From positions 6,634 through 70,633 of the forward strand of contig PFAG01000014.1 of assembly GCA_002773755.1 (NCBI GenBank): DNA of 64,000 nucleotides, written 5' to 3'. Below, one piece after another: positions 57,822-64,000 of the stretch (position 1 is its first letter; each line of letters begins with the position of its first letter). The notes under the pieces were generated by a model. That model ran no database searches. It saw only the letters and a program-made list of their open reading frames with translations, and was not told where the DNA came from. A program made the position numbers and the translations under genes. Origin of the DNA: Candidatus Colwellbacteria bacterium CG10_big_fil_rev_8_21_14_0_10_41_28 (GTDB lineage: Bacteria > Patescibacteriota > Minisyncoccia > UBA6257 > Colwellbacteraceae).

Positions 57822-59369
57822 TTAATTTCTAGAGAAGATAACAATTGTCTCTCCCTCAGAAAGACCCGATTTAATCTCAACATCTCCACTAACCCCCTCG
57901 ATTCCAACTTCGACCTCAACCTCTTCAATATTCTCTCCAACAATCTTCCTAACTATCATTTTCCCATCCTTTTCTATAACAGATCTAGTTGGAACTATTA
58001 ACACATCCTCTGCGCTATCGATTATTATATCCACATTAGCTGTCATACCAGACTTGATTCGATCATCCGGATCAACGAACCCTAAAAGGGTTTTATATGT
58101 TGAAACTCCTTCAATGAGGGTTTCTGCTGGATCAATAAATATTACCGTTGCCTCAAAGATATCCTCGCTGGTATATGCGTCTAGGGTAACTTCAGCAACA
58201 TTATCCAGGCCAATCATAGATATGTCAGCTTCGGTAACAAAAGTTTCAATCTCAAAATCAGACACCGACATCATAGAGAGTAGGGGAGTATTAGAGCTAA
58301 CCGTTTCTCCAACCTTAGGATCTATCTTAGTTACAATTCCACTAAATGGTGCTCTTATTCTAGTCTTCTCGATCTCAGCTAATATTGCATTAACCCTAGC
58401 TTGAGCACTATTAACCCTCTGCTGTTGGAGAAGTACGTCCTGATAGTCATTTCCCTGAGAAAGACTTTCTGTTTCTGCTTGACGATATGTTCTCTCAACA
58501 GATCTTAGACTATTTAGAGAAGTGGTTAAGCTATTCCTAGCAGTTGATACACTAGACTTAATTGAAGTTAGGAGGTGCTGTTCATTATATTCAGAAAGAA
58601 CAGTATCAATCGAAACTAATAGATTGATCGATTGGTTAAGAGCCGTCTTTGCTTCAGATATCACTTGGTCCAAGTTGTCTTGATCTATTCCAGAAGAGAT
58701 ATAGCTATCTAAACTGTCTATAGACTCCCTTAGGTCTATGAACATCCACTTGAGATCAAGTCTAGTTTCTATATCAACCGTTATGTTATATGACTGACCA
58801 CCAGAAATAACTGCATGCCTGAAAGTGGGATACTTACTGTCCAGATCATCAAAGAATTGATCGATAGTCGAGCTAACCTCGCTATCTACAGAGGTATATA
58901 CCTCCTCAATTTCATCAATTAAGTCATTAAGAGAATTTTCCAGATCAGCCTCACTAGTAGATGGAGCTTCTAAAAGTTTAAGCTTTTCAATCTCTAGGTT
59001 TGCTAAGGCCTCATTATAGTCCGCAGAGAGATCTCCATTACTAAGAGATAATAGAGTCTCACCTCTACCAACCTCTTCCCCAACAGATACGTAAATATTA
59101 TTAACTCTTCCTCCACGCTCAACTGAAAGATCAACTTGCTCAGTTGGTTTAATTTTTCCTGTCACATCAACCAGGCTAACCACGTCGCCGCGCTCAACAT
59201 AACCAGTTGTATATCCCATTAAGGGATTCTTACTGAAGTAGTTGAAGGCCACTATCCCCAAAATTGCGACACCAACTAAAGTTAAGACACCCTTTGATGT
59301 CTTAAAGAAATTAATCTTCTTTGCACTTGAATTGATAAGCTTCTTCAGCCCCTTAGAACTAAGCTTCAT
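57822..59369 (-). CDS. HlyD-family periplasmic adaptor (membrane fusion protein) with long coiled coil
   Basis: N-terminal TM, biotinyl/lipoyl-like halves, extended helical hairpin, C-terminal beta-barrel. Confidence 0.7.
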   Translation of the reverse strand: MKLSSKGLKKLINSSAKKINFFKTSKGVLTLVGVAILGIVAFNYFSKNPLMGYTTGYVERGDVVSLVDVTGKIKPTEQVDLSVERGGRVNNIYVSVGEEVGRGETLLSLSNGDLSADYNEALANLEIEKLKLLEAPSTSEADLENSLNDLIDEIEEVYTSVDSEVSSTIDQFFDDLDSKYPTFRHAVISGGQSYNITVDIETRLDLKWMFIDLRESIDSLDSYISSGIDQDNLDQVISEAKTALNQSINLLVSIDTVLSEYNEQHLLTSIKSSVSTARNSLTTSLNSLRSVERTYRQAETESLSQGNDYQDVLLQQQRVNSAQARVNAILAEIEKTRIRAPFSGIVTKIDPKVGETVSSNTPLLSMMSVSDFEIETFVTEADISMIGLDNVAEVTLDAYTSEDIFEATVIFIDPAETLIEGVSTYKTLLGFVDPDDRIKSGMTANVDIIIDSAEDVLIVPTRSVIEKDGKMIVRKIVGENIEEVEVEVGIEGVSGDVEIKSGLSEGETIVIFSRN

Positions 59370-59416
59370 ATAACCTAATATTACTCTAATTGCCCGATTT
59401 TTCTAGACCATATATC

Positions 59417-59441
59417 AAAAGATCCTCTTAGTAAGAGGATC
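59417..59441 (-). terminator. intrinsic terminator (GATCCTCTTA..TAAGAGGATC + T-run on minus strand)
   Basis: 9-bp perfect stem then TCTTTTGATAT on minus strand. Confidence 0.5.
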
Positions 59442-59448
59442 AAAATCC

Positions 59449-59542
59449 TGGAGTCGAACTCCGTCTATATGGTAACTCCCAACGAGGGAAACGTGATTGC
59501 AAGCAATCCAATACTACACATACAGACGGAGCTCAACTCCCG
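59449..59542 (-). other. ~94-nt structured element between tRNA-Glu and terminator (22-bp imperfect inverted repeat enclosing 47 nt)
   Basis: GGAGTCGAACTCCGTCTATATG vs CATACAGACGGAGCTCAACTCC (19/22 complementary); does not fold as tRNA. Confidence 0.3.
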
Positions 59543-59617
59543 TGGGGATGACAGGATTTGAACCTGCGACCTCTGGCTTGAGAGGCCAGCGTGCACTCCA
59601 AACTGCACTACACCCCC
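59543..59617 (-). tRNA. tRNA-Glu (anticodon CTC)
   Basis: Minus-strand cloverleaf GGGGGTG..CATCCCC acceptor, anticodon loop CTCTCAA, T-loop TTCAAAT, discriminator A. Confidence 0.75.
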
Positions 59618-59673
59618 GAATTAGAAGAAAGAACAGCCCGGACCTCTTTTATACTAAAAAATAGCTACCCTTG

Positions 59674-60447
59674 TCAATCAGAATAACCCAACTTTTTTAG
59701 AATACTGGAATGTTCCCACTCCCAAAGCTTTTTGGCCCCCAAGAAAGCTTCGTAATCTTCTCTCCAGTGGGGGAACTCTCTCAACTGAACAATTCCTTCA
59801 ACATCAGACCATTCATGATCGCAATTTTTATAGTCAAAACCATTAGAAGGGTAGGGGGCACGCACCTTTTCTCTACCACCCTTAGTTCTTCTTCTCGCCC
59901 CACAAATTAAGCATCTTTCATTTTGATCAATTCTTAAAATCCATCTCGTTTGCAATGTCTTATATTCTTCCTGTAGGGGAGGGTAGTATGCGCCAGTTTG
60001 TAAATTGTAGTCTCTATATATCCCTTGAGAAGTTTTTATATCCATAACCCCAAACTTTCCATCAATTAGAGCTAGGGCGTCTGAGGTTCCAGCATACCTA
60101 TCTTTATAGTTAACCACCCTTCGCTCAACCCATTCCGGATCAACTTCAATCTTTCTCTCTTCTAGAAATCTTTGGAAGGCTTCTATAGACGGACGTATAT
60201 CATCACCGAAAGTAGGGGACTGCCCTGTTAGAATAGCCTCACAAGCTTCGTGAACTCGAGTACCCTCATCTGCAGATCTATTTTTTATTTCCTCAGCCTC
60301 TTCAAAGTTATTTAATTCTGCATAATATCGATACAAAGCCGGCTTCGCTTTTATATTTAAAATAGAAGTAACCCGGGGATACCAAACTCCATTGATATCA
60401 TATCCGTTTTTTTCTCTAAACTTATCTGAGCTAAGGTTATTCCACAT
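59674..60447 (-). CDS. PD-(D/E)XK nuclease family protein with CxxC..CxH insertion
   Basis: ALIDGKFGVMDIKTS (D..D-x-K), upstream acidic Glu (HEACEAIL), Zn-ribbon-like CLICG..CDHEW; start at internal Met. Confidence 0.5.
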   Translation of the reverse strand: MWNNLSSDKFREKNGYDINGVWYPRVTSILNIKAKPALYRYYAELNNFEEAEEIKNRSADEGTRVHEACEAILTGQSPTFGDDIRPSIEAFQRFLEERKIEVDPEWVERRVVNYKDRYAGTSDALALIDGKFGVMDIKTSQGIYRDYNLQTGAYYPPLQEEYKTLQTRWILRIDQNERCLICGARRRTKGGREKVRAPYPSNGFDYKNCDHEWSDVEGIVQLREFPHWREDYEAFLGAKKLWEWEHSSILKKLGYSD

Positions 60448-60592
60448 CTTTACATACAAAAAGCCCCCAGAGGTCAATTTTAGACCTCATTTTAACCACA
60501 TTATTATTAGAGGGGAGTACACTCTAGACCTTAGAGAATACATTATGTCGCAAAACCATTGTTATACGACAGTTATCAATACATCCCCCGTA

Positions 60593-60919
60593 CTACTCCC
60601 TTTCCTTTAAGAGTTGCTCTAACTTTCTAAAAGTTAGGTAGGCAAAAGGTGCAGCTACTAGAAGATATGATAACCCTCCAGCTACATCTCTCTTTGCTTG
60701 GTTATAGTCAACTTCACATTGCTGATCGACTGACTTAGAATCCTCCCCTTCTCCCAAGGGGACTGTCTCATATCTTGGACCATAACAGTTGTCTACCTTA
60801 AAGACATATGTTTCGAGTCCTGCATTAACCATTCTTCCGCTTGAGAAGATTACGGTTACGGTGCTGATCACGAAGATAGCAGCAATCGCAATCGAAAAAA
60901 CTATTTTGAATATTTTCAT
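60593..60919 (-). CDS. hypothetical membrane protein (108 aa)
   Basis: N- and C-terminal hydrophobic helices; no motifs. Confidence 0.4.
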   Translation of the reverse strand: MKIFKIVFSIAIAAIFVISTVTVIFSSGRMVNAGLETYVFKVDNCYGPRYETVPLGEGEDSKSVDQQCEVDYNQAKRDVAGGLSYLLVAAPFAYLTFRKLEQLLKERE

Positions 60920-60934
60920 AGTACAAAGATTATA

Positions 60935-62242
60935 CTACATATAATTCTCTGGGTTAATGGTTGGGCCAATTGGCACTAAACCAGTTGCAGGAGGAATCGA
61001 GAAAAGTCCGCCCTGTTCCCTATTGCTAGATAGCATCCATCCACCGGGAGGGGTTGCATACAGGCCAAAGTGAAGATGTGCTCCTGTTGAAAATCCAGTA
61101 TTACCCACATACCCTATCACCTCTCCCCTCTTAACTCCTTGTCCAGCAGAAACTTTACTAGCTGAAAGGTGGGCATATATCGTGGTTAAACCATTACCAT
61201 GATCTATCAGAATATATCTTCCATATTGGTAGTAAAGACCGTTGTAATCCACTCTAGCCACCACACCATCTCGAGCAGCGATCACTGGGGTTCCAGCAGG
61301 AGCCCCAATATCTGTTGCGTTATGAGGTCTTCCTCTATAGTAGGCCGTAGAATAGGCTGTCTCTCCATAATGTTGAGTTAGAACACCCGTTCTTAATCCA
61401 GCTGAATTAACTACAGGCCAACTAAGAAAACCTGGTTGCCTTGATGGCAAGTTGGAAGCATCAAATCTGTCGCCCAAAGCCTTCTCAATATCAGCAATCT
61501 CGCTCATCAAATCCTGTTGCTCCCTATCAAGTTTTGTTAAATGCTGTTGATAGAGACTCTCTTGTTGCTCCGTAACAGAAAGCAAATCATTCTTTTGGCC
61601 CTTCTGATCATCTAAAACTATTTTCTTCTGTTCTAGTGTCTGACTTTCGATCTTAAGTTCGTCTTTCTTAGAAGAGCTAACAACAATAGTGCTAGTCAAC
61701 TTATTTTGGAGTTTTACCAACTCCCCTACCTCATCGGCTAAATCTTTTTGGATATTTCTCAGTGCATTAAACTCAAAGACGCTATCAGCCAAAGTATCTT
61801 GACTCAACATCGTACTCAAAAGATCTATGTCTCCATCCCTAGTCTGGAGATTTCGGAGCACCTCCCCTACTGCTTCAGATTTTCTATTGGCCTCGGCCCG
61901 GACATCTGCAACAGTCATGTTTAGTGAGGAGATTTCATAAGTTAACTTTTCTATTGTTGTTTTACTATATTCAATTCCAAGTTCTGCCTGTTCGATAGAT
62001 GCATCAATCTGTCCAATAGCATTTTGAAGTGTTTGCTGCTGGCCATCCAAAACTTCTATACGAGCCTGTGTTTTTTGGATTTCTTGATTGATCTTTTCAA
62101 CCTCTTTTCTCTTCTCCTCAATTATGTCTTGGATCTCATTAGCCTCTTGGGCTATACCAGGGACTGGAAATAAAAATAGGCCCGCCATAAGTGCAGCAGT
62201 TAAAACAACCCTTACCCTCATGTTTCGTCTAATAAGTTTCAT
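60935..62242 (-). CDS. M23 family peptidoglycan DD-metalloendopeptidase with N-terminal coiled coil
   Basis: Signal peptide, long coiled coil, HxxxD (HNATD) and HxH (HLHFG) M23 motifs. Confidence 0.8.
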   Translation of the reverse strand: MKLIRRNMRVRVVLTAALMAGLFLFPVPGIAQEANEIQDIIEEKRKEVEKINQEIQKTQARIEVLDGQQQTLQNAIGQIDASIEQAELGIEYSKTTIEKLTYEISSLNMTVADVRAEANRKSEAVGEVLRNLQTRDGDIDLLSTMLSQDTLADSVFEFNALRNIQKDLADEVGELVKLQNKLTSTIVVSSSKKDELKIESQTLEQKKIVLDDQKGQKNDLLSVTEQQESLYQQHLTKLDREQQDLMSEIADIEKALGDRFDASNLPSRQPGFLSWPVVNSAGLRTGVLTQHYGETAYSTAYYRGRPHNATDIGAPAGTPVIAARDGVVARVDYNGLYYQYGRYILIDHGNGLTTIYAHLSASKVSAGQGVKRGEVIGYVGNTGFSTGAHLHFGLYATPPGGWMLSSNREQGGLFSIPPATGLVPIGPTINPENYM

Positions 62243-63653
62243 TTGGAACAGATATCTTTCTAAGAGCTATATCTATCCTCGAAAGACTTTGCTCTTTTCC
62301 TAACGCCTCCATTATCTCAAAAGGTCCTGGAGACCTGTCATTCCCAGAAAGAGAAACTCTTAGCGGCCACAGCCACTCCCCTTTTTCATTCTCAGGAATC
62401 AAATCCATAATTTTTCCTTCAAGAACATCTCTCTTAAAATCTTTATCAGGAACCTTCTCTAGTACTTCTTTTGTTTTATTAAGATTAATTTCAACCTCCC
62501 CGAAATTCATCTCTTTCCATTTTAATAGATCTGCCCCATATGTTGGAATATCAAAATAAAATCTTAACTCATCTTCTGCCTCACTGCCCTTACTAATTCT
62601 TCCCTTCAAAGGATTCATCATTGCCTCCTTGAGTTCCCAATCAGAGGAAACAGTACCCCTAACTATCTCTATTATCTCTTTAGGAGAGGCCTCTTTCATA
62701 TAGTGTTTACCTAACCAATTAAGCTTATCTATATCAAAAACAGCTCCCCCTTTCTGTACCCTATCTAGAGTAAACTCATTTATAACTTCCTCCCGTGTCA
62801 TAACCTCCCTATCCTCCTTCGGATGCCAACCCAAGAAGGCAAGAAAGTTGAACATTGCATCTGGAAGATATCCTTGCCTCATATAGTCAGACAAAGCAAC
62901 GTCGGAGAACCTCTTACTCATTTTGCTCTTGTCTGGATTAAGAATCATTGGTAGGTGAGCAAATTCAGGAAGATCAAATCCCATAGATTCCATTAAAAAG
63001 ATCTGCAATGGAGTATTTGAGATATGGTCCTCTCCCCTGATTACATGTGTCACTTCGTTTAATGAATCGTCAATCACAACAACAAAGTTATACAGAGGGT
63101 TGTCCAAGTCTCTTGCCACAACAGTATCTCCAATTAAAGTCCCATCGAAAGTAATCTTGCCCCTTATCAAATCGTCAAAAGATACCTCTCTATCTGGTAT
63201 CTTAACTCTAATCACATAACCCTCTCCACCGTCAACTCTTTCTTTTGCCTCTTCCGGCTTAATGGACCTGCACCGACCAGAATATTTCGATGCTAATCCC
63301 TGCGAAAGATGTGCCTCCTTCTCTGCTTCAAGCTCTTCTTTTGAACAGAAACAATAATAAGCTTTATTCTCTTCTAAAAGTTTCTCTAAATATTCTCTAT
63401 ATATCTTTTTCCTATCACTCTGCCTAAAGAAATCATCCCACTCCAGACCAAGCCAGGTTAAGCCTTCTTTTATGTCTACCTCATACTCTTCTTTTGATCT
63501 TTCTGAATCTGTATCCTCAATTCTTAAGACAAATTCTCCTCCGTTAGCCTTAGCGAACAACCAATTAAAAAGTGCTGTTCTAGCGCCACCAATATGAAGT
63601 GGTCCAGTTGGAGATGGAGCAAATCTTACTCTTATCTTTTTATCTTTAGACAT
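62229..63653 (-). CDS. gltX: glutamate--tRNA ligase
   Basis: HIGGARTALFNW (HIGH), KMSKR motif. Confidence 0.9.
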   Translation of the reverse strand: MSKDKKIRVRFAPSPTGPLHIGGARTALFNWLFAKANGGEFVLRIEDTDSERSKEEYEVDIKEGLTWLGLEWDDFFRQSDRKKIYREYLEKLLEENKAYYCFCSKEELEAEKEAHLSQGLASKYSGRCRSIKPEEAKERVDGGEGYVIRVKIPDREVSFDDLIRGKITFDGTLIGDTVVARDLDNPLYNFVVVIDDSLNEVTHVIRGEDHISNTPLQIFLMESMGFDLPEFAHLPMILNPDKSKMSKRFSDVALSDYMRQGYLPDAMFNFLAFLGWHPKEDREVMTREEVINEFTLDRVQKGGAVFDIDKLNWLGKHYMKEASPKEIIEIVRGTVSSDWELKEAMMNPLKGRISKGSEAEDELRFYFDIPTYGADLLKWKEMNFGEVEINLNKTKEVLEKVPDKDFKRDVLEGKIMDLIPENEKGEWLWPLRVSLSGNDRSPGPFEIMEALGKEQSLSRIDIALRKISVPNETY

Positions 63654-64000
63654 TACTTATATTTTAGTAATATCTGAGCCAAATTTGAAGCTGCATCTGG
63701 TATGTGTAAGCTATTGGCCGCGAGACCCACCTCTAATAGCCTATCAGGATCGTTAAGTAATTCTGTAACTGTATTAATCAGACTTCTTTTAGAAAGATTA
63801 GTCTCCTCCATCATTATGGCGGCATGAGCACTTACAAAAACCTCAGCATTTACCTTCTGATGATCATTGGCAGAAGTTGAAAGAGGGATAAGTATTGATG
63901 GCTTTGAAAAAGCTGCTATCTCAAATACTCCTGAGCCAGACCTACTAATAACAATGTCTGCCGCTTGGAGTGCAATCCTAATGTCTTTCTGAAAGTAATC
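63653..64000 (-). CDS. murG: MurG glycosyltransferase, C-terminal fragment (5' end outside window)
   Basis: C-terminal MurG motif region ..ADIVISRSGSGVFEIAAFSKPSILIPL..NDHQKVNA..; stop overlaps gltX start (TAATG). Confidence 0.7.
   Translation of the reverse strand, partial: DYFQKDIRIALQAADIVISRSGSGVFEIAAFSKPSILIPLSTSANDHQKVNAEVFVSAHAAIMMEETNLSKRSLINTVTELLNDPDRLLEVGLAANSLHIPDAASNLAQILLKYK

Noticed and set aside
59449-59542. Second tRNA next to tRNA-Glu
   Set aside because: Several cloverleaf parses were tried: a 7-bp acceptor GGAGTTG/CGACTCC is possible, but no valid T-arm or D-arm exists and the length would be 92 nt. It is better described as a long imperfect hairpin, so it is reported as an unknown structured element.
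1-64000. CRISPR arrays, rRNA genes, IS elements or transposases
   Set aside because: No regularly spaced direct repeats, no rRNA-like conserved stretches, and no transposase or integrase-like ORFs were seen. The only non-tRNA repeat is the 108-bp module pair.

Overview
This AT-rich 64 kb window reads as streamlined bacterial core genome. The compact gene set and the absence of L30 are the pattern usually seen in CPR/Patescibacteria-like lineages. Most genes are densely packed housekeeping genes that almost never carry a Shine-Dalgarno (SD) motif.

Gene content, start to end:
- 5' end: mnmA 3' fragment, a split comEC (competence-domain ORF plus a separate overlapping MBL-domain ORF), aspS, ndk, rpmB on the minus strand, and an M50 protease.
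- Translation block: rpsL-rpsG-fusA-tuf-rpsJ, then a terminator plus new promoter and leader, then rplC through rplO (no L30), secY, adk and map.
- Envelope and morphogenesis block: murA-mreB-holB-frr-rseP-proS-mreB(2)-mreC-mreD-mrdA.
- Metabolism and nucleic-acid enzymes: GalT-like HIT-family enzyme, DedA, tpiA, GtrA-like protein, leaderless pgk, DnaQ-like exonuclease, rnhA, and RNase P RNA (rnpB) with a near-consensus promoter.
- Middle of the window: two PD-(D/E)XK nucleases, nrnA, tRNA-Gln, an ABC-F ATPase, mgtE and typA.
- 3' end: TlpA-like and Trx-CcdA redox proteins, fmt-def, ctpA, rplI, rpmA, a MacAB/HlyD-type exporter, tRNA-Glu, an M23 peptidase, gltX and a murG 3' fragment.

Hunt results:
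- The strongest finding is a 108-bp module present twice in direct orientation (46953..47060 and 48715..48822). Each copy is a consensus sigma70-type promoter, then a ~60-nt transcript with two hairpins whose loops carry CUCCGG/CCUCCGGG, then an intrinsic terminator. The five differences between the copies spare the promoter hexamers and preserve hairpin pairing. The two copies bracket a 1.65 kb cassette: M15 carboxypeptidase, cupin, and a Cys-rich secreted protein.
- At least five GC-rich micro-islands (449-768, ~4990-5700, 38441-38720, 48840-49060, 54100-54523) each carry small ORFs with strong GGAGG SD motifs, unlike the core genes. Two encode 36- and 43-aa membrane peptides with basic tails. 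Each island also has a long, near-perfect hairpin.
- Other observations: split ComEC, non-canonical ribosomal proteins (L22 C-terminal extension, Zn-ribbon L24, truncated L15, no L30), duplicated mreB, and a structured ~94-nt element transcribed downstream of tRNA-Glu.
- No CRISPR array, rRNA or recognisable transposase was seen.
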